DNA from: Macrostomum lignano
Lineage: Eukaryota
Assembly: GCA_002269645.1 (NCBI GenBank)
Contig: NIVC01000690.1
Location: 124,001 to 188,000, forward strand
Reading direction: 5' to 3'
DNA length: 64,000 bases
The notes beneath the pieces were generated by a model, which was not told where the DNA came from, did no database searches, and worked only from the letters and a program-made list of their open reading frames with translations. Of this stretch, positions 12,350-23,800 are shown piece by piece. The translations under genes were made by a program, and so were the position numbers. Numbering within the stretch: the first letter of the stretch is position 1; each line of letters begins with the position of its first letter.

Positions 12350-14923
12350 ATCTCGATTAGGTATTCGTCTCAAATTGAGCTGTCACCATGTGTTTATAAT
12401 CTCTATGGGATTGACTCACAACAGGACTGTCTCTATAAATCCATTTATAAGGATTTTATTACGAAACTTCGAAAAGTCGAAAATCTCTTTTTACTGCATG
12501 GCTGTGTGATCTGCATGCCTTTATTTTGCCTAATTAATTAACGTAATTTACGATCAACCATCATCGAAAAAGGCTGGGGAATGTGAAACCTTATACATAT
12601 AATTTCCTAACTTCTAATTTCCAAATTTCCTAAATTATGAATTGGCACTGCCATAAATCAAAGCGATGTGAATATAGTCGAAGCGCAACCTGTAGCGGAT
12701 AGACAAGAATTTTAATGCACTTTTTACATATATACATATAATATGCATATTGATGCTCATAATTACACAATTATTACTGTCTAGCAATTACGAGATGTAT
12801 ATACTTGGTTCTAATTAAACCTAAAAAAGAACCTACAATTATGGCTTATCTCTTTTGATAATACGGCAACATATGGATCTCTGCTCGCTGTAGACGAACG
12901 GCCCTGCATGGTTCGATTCACATTCCACATTCACATTCCTGGGCCACGGTACATTCATTTGGGGCTTGTGCACGTGTACACGAAAAAATTGCCAGCGGGT
13001 TGTCTTGTACGTGGTTCACGCACCTATTAGGGCCAACCAGCTCCAAATGCACAGTGCGTACACATGCCTGACGATTAGAAAAACAAAAGGGCCGCTGTGT
13101 ACACTCTGTGTGAGCGTGTGTATGATGAGTGCGTGCCTCATGCGTACAGTATAGTATTGTGCTTAGGAGTCAGCGGAATGGGCAATGCGGAATTGCCGTC
13201 AGCGCTGGCATGGTAAGACCTCAAAGGAAACTTAAAGGAATCAAATGAGCTAACATACATGTTAAGCCATACAGGTGCAGAGCTAGGCGTCACCACAGAC
13301 TTATGAAAAGGAATAGCTATAGATGCATTCAATAACATTAAAGACGCTCTAGCTATAACTTTTCCAGAGCGATATTGTTTGCATGTCTTCGAATTAAATT
13401 ACATATGTAATATTAATACCCCTGGCCACTCATATTTCGTCTCTGCAGGATGATAATCAGGCTTGGGAATCTGGCTACAATAGCTCCTTTATTACCGTCT
13501 GTACCAAAAGCTTCGCTGAGCACTCCTGAAAAAAATTACACGACAACAAGGGATGGTTAGATGTCAAAGTAAGCTAGTGTTGGCTGTTGATACAGCTGAA
13601 TAAAACAATTCACTTATGTAGACAAAGAACTGAGATGCTGAGAAATGTACAGTAAGGCCTTTTTATATAATGCTTGTTCTGGTTCTAGATCCAGATCAAA
13701 TTTGTAAAGCATAGCTTTTGTCTCCTAATCTAGAAGGATATATATGTATACGTTGCTGTAAAGTTGTAATTAGTGAATTCACAAAAAGGTTGCGCCACGA
13801 AAATAGATAGAAAATTCTCCATATGAAATGCATGGAAAAAGTTATCGTGGAATTAATTGGACCCCAAAATTGCCTTCGAATATGAATGGCAATAGCCAAA
13901 AAGAAATTGAAAATTGTGCAAAGTGAGACTGTTAAGACAGTCAAACATTCACCGAAGTTAAATAGTTATACTGTTTTTTTCTTGAAAGATCAGAACCGGA
14001 TCTGGGAATTGGTAATGTAAAAAGTGTTATAAGTCTGATTATAAATTTAAACATTGATTATTAGTCGGTTGATAACAATGGATAATAATTTGCCTTTTTC
14101 ATAAAATATTGAGACAATAATATTATGCACCAACCAACCATGCAAGGACGGACTGACCGGAAACCTCGTTTCTTGGAAATTTTTAGGAGGCCTTTTAGGC
14201 CTCCCTACTCTCTTATCATGGATAAATCATCTATGATCCATGATCCATTGATAAATCATGCATGTTCATGGTATTTTCATGCATGGATTTTTAAAACTTT
14301 CCATGGTAAAATCATCCATGTCAGGGAGTTCATACGGGAAAATAAATAACTAAGCTTATAAAAAATTTCAGGCTATTTTATGTATATCTAATAAAGTTTT
14401 AAATATATTTAATAAAAGCGAAATTGTAAATACAAAAAATAGTTTAATAAATTTGTTAAAATCTTCACCTACAAATTGCTTTGAATATATTACCAGCAAT
14501 TTTGTTGGCCATTTTGTTTCGGTTTAGTTAATTACGGACTTAACTTCCCATAAACATAAATTACTAGGCCTATTTTTCCTTTCTAAGAGGACTCTGTCAC
14601 TCTTGCATGTTGTCATCATTTCATTATGTGTCACTATGTGCTATGTTTATGTTTATGTTTTTTCTTAGCTATATACTTCCAGTTCCACTTTTGGTAGCTA
14701 GTTTTAAAATTCGGTGGCTTGTAAGGTTTTTTGACATGCTAATTTTGATCTTCACTCCTTCAGTGAAAATTGTATTTGTAGATATATTAGAAAATAGAAA
14801 CCCTATTATATATTATATTTGGGATGCAAAGATAACCTATAGGGGTTAGATGTATATTTTTGAATGATATTTTGCTGCATTTTTATAATGATAGGTTGGC
14901 CTAACCAAAGCCAAAGGCCTAGT

Positions 14924-17900
14924 TAGGGTGTCCAGTGAGAATTTTTTTTCTGAAATTTTTTTGGTTTTGACTTATGTAACTTATAGACCTAGATGTTATG
15001 AGTAAAATGACACTTCACTTTTTTTAATTTGGTCAAGTAATAAAAAAGTTATGAGTATTTTTGTTTTAAAAAGAATGCGTTTTTCCCTATTCTTAATACA
15101 TTAGAAAGTGAAGCCAATTCCACGTCATTTTTACTTTTTTCTTTAATTAAGTGTAAATAACTTTTTTGTTAGTTAAGCTACTTCTTTGACTTTGGTGTCA
15201 ATTTTTAGGTAATTTAACTGTGCAATATAATTTGTAACTAAAAAAGTTCTCCTGCTTAGCAGTTTTTTGCTGCAGGATGTTCTGTTAATAAAAAAATGTT
15301 TTTTTATGCTGCCGGAGTCATACTTTTTTTACTTTAAAGTCCCCTTAAAATACTTGTACTATACTTAGACAGACTTTCTTGGTGTCAAACTTTAGATTTC
15401 TTTTAGTTCTTTTAGGAAACATAAAAATTGTGCAGTTTAAGTATAGCTGTAGGTGAGGAGAATTTTTTAAGGAAAAATTGTGAATAAGGGTTCAGGAAGG
15501 CAAACTGGGTGATAGTGTCTAGTAAACAGTTTTAAGTTAGAATGTCAGGGTTTTTACTTTTTTTAACAAATACAACTGGATGTTATGAGTAAAATGACAT
15601 ATTACTTTTAAAGATATGTTGAATAATAAAAAAGTTATAAGAATTTTTAAAAAAAAATTCATTGCACTGCTTCTCTCTCTGTATTGTTGTAAATGGGTAA
15701 TGACATGTATAATGGTATAAAAAATGTTTCATAACTTCATAAGTTTCTGTTTCCATATTTTCTGGCTTGTCCTTAATATATAAATATGACTAATATTATG
15801 AGTATCTGGCTTTACTGTGAGTTTATGTCATTTATCATGTCAAAATATACTATTTCACTTTCAGATGCTATTATGTCATAATATAAATTGTAATTGTAAA
15901 TTATATCAGAACAATATACTCATACTCAATTTTATCGCTCCATTTCTAACCCTCACTCCAGTGCTTCTGCTAGCATTTAAATTGAATACTACATAATATT
16001 TCATAAGAATAAGCCGTGCAAGCAGATCTCGCCTCGAATGTCCTGCTGAGTGGCTGTCGAGCGCTTGGTGTCATCGACATGCTGGTGATTCGGCCATTGT
16101 GGATGCTGAACCGGCAGTCAACAGTCCGAATTCTGGACATGAACCAGCGCTACGAGCAACTCTGCGACTGGCTGGAGGAGCTGGCCACGGCAGACGGCTT
16201 CCGCTTTTCGGGCGACCAGAGCGGCCCATTTCCTGACCTTGCTGGGGCAGTGCTAGCGCCCGATGACGCTGGCGACGTTTGGAGTGCGTTGACGGCCGAT
16301 GCGTCGCAGCTGGACAACGATCTATTGAGCCAGGCGCTGCAGGTCACCGCTGCATACATGCTCGTGCTGCTTCGTCGTGAGGTCTGCGACCACTTGCCCG
16401 GCGGTGCCCTGCGCAATTTGTCCGACGAGCAGCGCCGTCTGACAGCGGATGCGCCGAAAGACAACGTCGCTCCCGAGCGCAATTTTGCTGTGCTGGACAG
16501 CACGGTGACTTGCAAGCCGCACATGCGCCCATTGGCTCGAGAGGCGTACGTCCTCTTTCAGCAGAACGCTACGGAGCAGTGGCTGCATCAAAAAACTCGA
16601 GATGAGCAGGAGGCCATGCTTTGTCGGGCTCGGAAGATTTCCGGGAAAGTTGAGGCACGGGCAAAGGCGACGAAACAGGCGATCGACAAGGCACGGCAGC
16701 AGTTGCAGCAGGCGCGCATCGAGGCAGTGCACCGCAAGAGAGTCGCCAAGGACTGCTCCCTCCGTGACCACATGCGCGCTGTTCACGAGTTCGGCGGCGT
16801 CTGGATTACCGTCAGCGACATGACGGAGGCGCTGCAGCAGCTCCCATCTGGACGTCACGAGCAAGCTGTGACAGCGCAGCTGCGTCTGCAGAAAGCCATG
16901 AGTAAGACAGCGTAGTTTTGGTATTAAGTAGGAAGTAAATTTTTAAATTGGTCTTTAGCAAAGAAAGTTTCACGAAAATTTTGCTGAAAGTTGACTTTCA
17001 AACGTTCAGGAATCAGGTAATTTGGAGAATTCATTATCACCTACAAACTTACTTCCATGCAGAGCCTACTCTGCCAAGGGACCTGGCTGCCCTGCTCAAC
17101 CTGTCGCAAGCCGGTGTAAGACGCAGCCTGCCCGCCCTGACTGCCAACCTGCGACAAGTAATTGCCCATCTGGAGGCTGAAAAGGCAGCAGTTGCCGTCG
17201 CGGTCGACACCCAAGGCAACACCAACATCCGGCCCTGTAATGAGCGGGCAGAGCTTGTCCGCTCTGCTGTCACCAAGAAGCTGGAGGCCCGTCAGGTGGC
17301 AGCTACGACTGGCCAGCAGCACCAAGGTGGCGCAGCAGGCAGCGGGCGTGGTGCTAGCGCGTCAGGCAGTCGGGCACGCGGTCGGGGTCGCGGACGTGGT
17401 CAGGGGCGTGGCCGTGGCCAGGGTAGAGCTTCGAGCAGGCAAAAGCGAGCGCCGCTGCCGACTTCTGATTCGGAGTCAGACTCTGCCGAGGCCATTGCAG
17501 AGCAGCAGGCTGCTGCTATTCCCCCCTCGCTGAGCAACCTCCCACAGCTGGAAGGCCGACGTGTGGAGGTTTTGTTTGGCTACACCGACGGCGAGGTCTG
17601 GGAGCAGGGTGTCGTTGTCCGCCGTGTTCCGGGTACCAATGCAGACATCCTTGAGCAGAAGTTCCAGGTTGTGTTTGACGACCATGGCAGCACAACCTTT
17701 GAATATAACTTGTACGAAGACTATTTGAAGGGCGACCTTCATGTCCTGTCAGACGACGAGTAGCTCAACAGAGTTACTGAACTTCTTGAATATTGAGTCT
17801 AAACTGAAATGATCAAGTGAGAGTGGATAATGTAGTATAGGTAATTACAATTCCTCAACTAAAAGCAACATTACTATCATATAAGTTGTTTAGATCAACA

Positions 17901-18735
17901 GCTCATATACATCAATTTCAATTTGGGTCAAAGCAGAGTCAAATAGTCCCCATTAGAAGCTGCGAAATGCCCAGTTTTGTTTTTCCCTATCTCCGCAGTG
18001 TATTTCCAAGAAACGTTCTACAGTCTATGGCCAATGGTGCCTTTGCGTTTTGGCCTACATAGAAATCCTTTCTAGACCTGATTTGGGGTGCGTTAGGCTA
18101 CATTTTAAGCAAAGGAAACATTCGTGCTTCAAACAGGCCATCCAATATTTGAAGTTTTACATTTTCCTATAAGATTTTACATGTATTTGGTGAAATTTTT
18201 GCCCAGCACTTGCGTTTATAGTTAGGAGGTTGAACTTTCACTGAAACTGCTTCATTTGGTTGCCATAACAACTACATAAAGTTTCAGGGGCATGCTTACA
18301 CCCGATCTTGAAAAACTGACATTCACCAATTTTCATGTACATGACATGCTTGTACATGAAAAAAATTTTTCTTCAAAAAATAGCTCCTAAGGTACTCATA
18401 CATGTTTACTAAGCTCCAGTGTTGAAAAAATCATGAAAAAACAGTTCAGTTTTTATGTAGGACCAATTCTACAAAACCCACTTTCTTTTTTGGATTTTGC
18501 CTCAATTTTAAATTTCTGTAAAAATGGCACAACTTTGCCATGCTGTAACTTTTTTTGTATAAAATGAAATCGCTTGATTCTTTTTTTATGTTGTAGATAT
18601 AAGTCTTAACTTTCTAAAAAGTATAAACTCATTGCTGTAGCTTACATACTTACCGATTTACAGACATTTGAAATTAGGTCATTTTCATATTTTTCAAAAA
18701 TCATACATTGAAAAAATAGCTCACTGGACACCCTA
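14924..18735 (+). mobile_element. hAT-like DNA transposon (7-bp TSD, probably hATw-type), 3812 bp, nested in the EnSpm element
   Basis: Perfect 16-bp TIRs TAGGGTGTCCAGTGAG (14924-14939, 18720-18735). 7-bp TSD GCCTAGT (14917-14923, 18736-18742). Encloses a transposase C-terminal half. Confidence 0.85.
16013..17763 (+). CDS. C-terminal half of a hAT-like transposase, 2 exons (16013-16901, 17063-17763), ending in an RG-rich linker and a Spin/Ssty-Tudor-like domain; N-terminus not found
   Basis: PKDNVAPERNFAVLD...KP...EAYVLFQQNATEQWL resembles the hAT C-terminal ER-F motif. A phase-1 intron 16902 (GTAAGA) to 17062 (CATGCAG) joins the two ORFs in frame (KAM-K-PTLP). Terminal LEGRRVEVLF...W..G.V...FQVVFDD...YNLYEDYLKGDL. 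Confidence 0.65.
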
Positions 18736-19158
18736 GCCTAGTCTAAAGTGGCATCCTAGACCTAGGCCATAGCCTAATGATAAAAATCACATGGTAGGCT
18801 GACAGTTTCAAAATAATAAAAAATAATAGTATATTATGGTAATTGGTACTTAATTTCGAGACCTTTCATGTCCTTTGTATCTAATATACAGTCTATAATC
18901 AAAACTAGACTAGACTAGGCCCAATTAGGCCTAATATTGTCTACTTTGTATCAGAAAATCCACAATGGCACAACTTTATAATTATAGGCCTATATATAGG
19001 GCCTAGGCCTTATATTATAATTTTTATTTAAAATCATAGGGGCCTAGGGTCCCTACATTAAATTTTTTTTATATACAATTCTAATTGGTTTGTCATTGGC
19101 CTCTTGATTGATTCTTCAAACCTTATCTCCTTGTGAAACTTTTTCAGAACAAATTGTT

Positions 19159-21109
19159 ATGGATGATATTGGATTAAGTGCATCTAATTCTAGGCCTCTT
19201 CGAAAGCAGACAAAAAGTACTTCTAAATTTGGAAATGACAATTCAGCATTGTTTTTCTGCTTTATTCTTCACAATGTTGGCCATGATGAGCAATATGTGA
19301 CCATTGCATTTGGGTCTCCCTATTGGCCAAGTACAATAACTAATGATGAAAAGTTGGAACTTGCACAAGTAAGATTTTAAGTTGGATTTATATGCATAAT
19401 ATTTTGTTATTGAGTACATGGTTTCTAAAACAAATTATTCCAACTACAAATGTAATATTACTTTATTAAATTATATTTTAGGGGACTAAAGTCTTTTTAC
19501 GCATGTATGGCAAACTATTTTCTGCTACACTTGTGGCAAAAGGTAGTGAAAGGCAAATGGCTTCAACTATGAACCAACTTTCCAACTTGGTTAGTGAGGC
19601 TGAAAATACTGATTCATTGATTAGCCAAGCTATTGAGCTTTTTGCAATGAAAGATCCCCAAGCTGGCATTGCAAATGTAAGGACAATAAGGTCATCTAGT
19701 TCAAAGCAGGTTGCTTCAAGTTCTAGTTGTCATCAGCATGGACTACTTGACGAGCTTTATGAAGTGGATAGTGAAAGTGGCGAACCAAATTTGGCGATAC
19801 CAGCTACTCAATCAATGGGTAAAACTGCAATATATATGAACTATTAATTGTTTGCAATTTGTTTTTTTTGTTGTATTATTTGATTAATTATTATTTTTTA
19901 GAAAAAGCCATTTCTGCATTTGAGAGAGAGGCATCTTTGGTTGAAAATGAGCAAGCTCGTGCCACAGGCCTCTTGGAATCAAGTTTGTATATTCTATTAC
20001 ACCTAATTGAAAACCAAATACCAAATGAGTCAATATTTTTGTAGCAATAAGCCTTTTTTATCACTAGGTGCAATTCAAGAAGTGCAACCCCTCCGAGGGG
20101 TACAGATAGTAAACAGTGAATCGGATGCAACAATGAAAGGTATAATTTTATTTTTTTAATATGATACAATCACATTATTAAAAATCAAAATCACCATATT
20201 TTTATATATGAGCATATATCTTACTCTAGATCTAAAACTGTTCATTCAATCCGAGTTGCTTTCTCTTGAGAAGCGTCTTGCTGCAAGGATATGCCGACTT
20301 TTAAAAAAGGATGACAACTTTGGTGGAATGCTAACAATTAAAGAATACCAAAATGAGGTATGTCAGTTTTTTCTTAGCATCAGCAGCATCACGTCTGTAG
20401 TATAAAAGTTCTACTATATAATAACATTTTTTAGGAATTTAGGTGCATTGATGGTTCCCTAGCTGAGCTGTCTTCAATTCTTTGCAACGATCCTAAGGTG
20501 TTCCTCCGAAGGTATATCAAGCTGCGATTTGGCGAAGGCTACTTGCTTGAGCATATAATCGATTCATCCTGTGGTGCTCGCAGTTCCCGAAGGCCTGCTC
20601 CATCTGAGCATGTGACAGAGTTTCAACGTAAATATATATATATAATTTTTTCACAGTTTTGTGCAATTTTTTTATTATAAAGCAATTTAGGCTAATTAAT
20701 GCTAAATGATCTGAATCCAATACTTGGGATATTTTCTAAAAAAACACATTTAGGTCTGAGATAAAAGAAATTGAGGAAAAATAGTTCTAAAGTTCAATAC
20801 ATCCCATTGACCTATTTAATGATTAGCATCATAAATCAACTTCCTTTTAAATTTAGCCTATTTCTACTATAAACACAGTACACAATGTCTATTGTAAAAA
20901 TATTTTACTATACTCGTGAATTTTCAGGTTTGCTTCAATTGTGCTATCGAACATCTGGCTACGACTTCCACGAAATCTGGAAGTCTGTACGAGACCATCT
21001 CAATCAGCTGGCCAGGGAGGAGACACGGGCGAGAAAGCGAACTTCAACTGCTGCTTCTGGACCCGAGTCAGGGGATTCCATTTCCCGCTCAAGGCGAATG
21101 GGACCGTGA
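19159..21109 (+). CDS. Intact 7-exon, 400-aa accessory gene of the EnSpm element (TnpA/ORF2-like; C-terminus possibly DUF4806/BEN-like)
   Basis: Exons 19159-19368, 19482-19818, 19902-19982, 20068-20139, 20230-20357, 20435-20627, 20928-21109. All introns are GT-AG with matching phases (0,1,1,1,0,1). Total 1203 nt = 401 codons with no internal stop. The domain name is inference. Confidence 0.75.
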
Positions 21110-21158
21110 ATTGCGGAAAAAATTCTAGTAACTTTTGAATATTTGAATTGCTATTTTT

Positions 21159-22923
21159 ATGTCTAGTAAATCAGAATCTGAGCACTCTCTTTCTACTAAT
21201 TACTCAGCCTACTCTTGTCAGGCGATTTCTTCTCCCTCAAATAGTTTTTCTACAAGTAATAGGAGTTCAATTTCAAGCGAAGCCGGTGTAACGCACTCGC
21301 ACAGCTGTCCTGACGCTGTGGAAACTTTTATTGGTGAAAACAATGCTGTGCCTGTGCTTGAGGAGAGTTCAGATAGCTTAGCGAATTTGGCTTCCATCTC
21401 AGATCCCAGTGTGCAGGCGGCTCTGATTTTTCAGTGGGCAATTACTTCCGGAGTTTCAGAGGCTGCTCTTGATAGACTCCTGAAGCTACTTTCTATTTTT
21501 AGTAGAGATTCTCTAGCTCTTCCAAATAGCGTCAAGTTGCTCAAATCATTGATTCAAGATACTTGCCCTCTTGATGATAGTGACGTGTCTGAATTTGGCT
21601 TTTGCCCAGAATGCAAAAGCCAGTGTCAGGTTCATTCCCCAAAGTCAAAGGTTGCTGTGACACAGCTCAATATTGTTCCACAGCTGCGGACTATCTTAAG
21701 CAGCCACACTTCAACTATTCTGCAGTATGAGCAAGAATTGCAAAAGGATAAAAACACAGACGTTTTGAATTCCAAAATAGTTAAAGAACAAGGCTTAAGC
21801 CTATCTTCTGGCAAGTCGCTTCACTTGCATCTTCTAATCTCAGCTGATGGCGCCAATTTTTTTGAATCTGTTCAGAGTAGCTTTTGGCCATTTCAGGCTC
21901 AACTTCTAAACCTTCCTGTTTACATCCGTCAACGCTTTGCAAATTTAATTCTAATTGCTCTTGTTTCATCGAAGGCAGTCCCGCATTTCCAGTCTTTTCT
22001 GTCTGAAATTATGAACAATTTGCCAAAACAGTTTATATTCTCGGAATACACCGTTCATGTCCATTACACACTCTTTGTTTGTGACTTGCCCGCTCTTGCT
22101 AAGCTCTTCTGCATTCACCAGTACAATGGTGCGTTTAGCTGTCCTAGGTGCTTGCACCCAGGTGAGAGCTTTAAAGTATCCGAGAAAGGTAAAAACTGGA
22201 TCTTCCGCTATGGTGAAGGCTACTTGTTTCCTTTGAGAAACCCATCTTCCCATCTTGAACACTGTCGGCTCGCACAAATTCGAAATCGGCCTGTTTTTGG
22301 CGTAAAGATGCGCAGTTGCTTGTTAGACTATGTTCCGTTTCCCAGCTGCAATCCTATTGACAGTTTACACTGCTTTTTCGAAGGCCACACCAAGTATCTA
22401 CTAGAAGAGCTGTCATTACCTGCAAACAGGCGCGAGTTGTATTTTTGCTCAGCTAATTGCATGGATTTCATATCTAATTGTATTCGTCAATCTATAACTC
22501 CTTCTAGCATCACAATCAACACAAATTTTAAAGTCAGCTTGTGCGTCGAAAAATTCTAACCATCTTTGCCAATTGAAGTCCGGCGAAATCTGCACTATTG
22601 CAGAGTTCCTCGAGCCTAATACTATTCGAGTGCAAATTTTGGATCCCATTGGTTCGCTGTTTGATTTTGTTTTACGAGTACCAGCAGCAACTTTCCCCAT
22701 CGATTTACTTAATTGGAAAGCATTGCTGGAATCCATGTTCAAAAAGTCTTCGACATTCAATTTTGTATTGATATCCCTGTCTAATGCGCCCAGATCGGCC
22801 AGACGCGAACGTATAGTTAATTTTTCAGAGGTCGATCGACCCTGCATCGCTGTTCCAGTAGAATCGTTCAGCAAAGACTGTTATTGCGCTGTGCCATTGT
22901 TCAAAGAGTTTGAACATGATTAA
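21159..22923 (+). pseudogene. EnSpm/CACTA-type DDE transposase with an internal deletion and frameshift near 22500-22560
   Basis: Motifs ISADGANFF..S.WP....LNLP..IR...NLILIAL, CDLPALAK, YNGAFSCPRC..G and DSLHCFFEG are typical of Transposase_21/EnSpm. ORF 21159-22559 stops early. A second frame (open 22498-22923) encodes the C-terminus ending FEHD. Confidence 0.85.
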
Positions 22924-23254
22924 AAAGGTACGAGTATGTGTCCGTACCTTAGATCCGATTATTTTATTATTAATGCTGCAAAGTCTGGCAGAAAATAAAA
23001 TTATGCTCCATGACCAAGATAAAACCATCAGGGAATCAGAATAACTTTCCAGATGCCCAACTTCCTCCCTCTCAGACTCCCACCGTTACCTCTCTTTGTC
23101 CGATCTCTCCATATTCAAAATCTCCAAGTTTCTGTGCGCAAATAATTGACTAATGCAGCATTAACTTCGTTTCGTAAAGGATTAGTCGGCCCTTGCCCTT
23201 AATGCGTACCGAATTCGGCTAATTCTATTTATTGACTGTTCAGTAAAATTTACT

Positions 23255-23800
23255 GTTTTATTTTTTCTTACAGTACCTTGAAATGCGTCAAATTCTGTCT
23301 ATTCTGTATCTTAAAGCTCTCTGAGCTGTTTTATTTTTTCTTACAGTACCTTGAAATGCGTCAAATTCTGTCTATTCTGTATCTTAAAGCTCTCTGAGCT
23401 GTTTTATTTTTCTTACAGTACCTTGAAATGCGTCAAATTCTGTCTATTCTGTATTTTAAAGCTCTCTGAGCTGTTTTATTTTTTCTTACAGTACCTTGAA
23501 ATGCGTCAAATTCTGTCTATTCTGTATTTTAAAGCTCTCTGAGCTGTTTTATTTTTTCTTACAGTACCTTGAAATGCGTCAAATTCTGTCTATTCTGTAT
23601 TTTAAAGCTCTCTGAGCTGTTTTATTTTTTCTTACAGTACCTTGAAATGCGTCAAATTCTGTCTATTCTGTATTTTAAAGCTCTCTGAGCTGTCTTATTT
23701 TTTCTTACAGTACCTTGAAATGCGTCAAATTCTGTCCATTCTGTATTTTAAAGCTCTCTGAGACTGAGCTGTCTTATTTTTTCTTACAGTACTTTGAAAT
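23255..23800. repeat. ~73-bp tandem repeat (~7.5 copies) inside the EnSpm 3' region
   Basis: CAGTACCTTGAAATGCGTCAAATTCTG recurs at 23271, 23344, 23416, 23489 and onward. Confidence 0.95.

Noticed and set aside
13167-14012. Several AG...GT-bounded candidate small exons on + (e.g. 13167-13212, about 13449-13556, about 13990-14012) and a possible last exon near 24480-24570
   Set aside because: Could not chain them in frame or recognise a product. A host gene interrupted by the EnSpm element remains possible but is unsupported.
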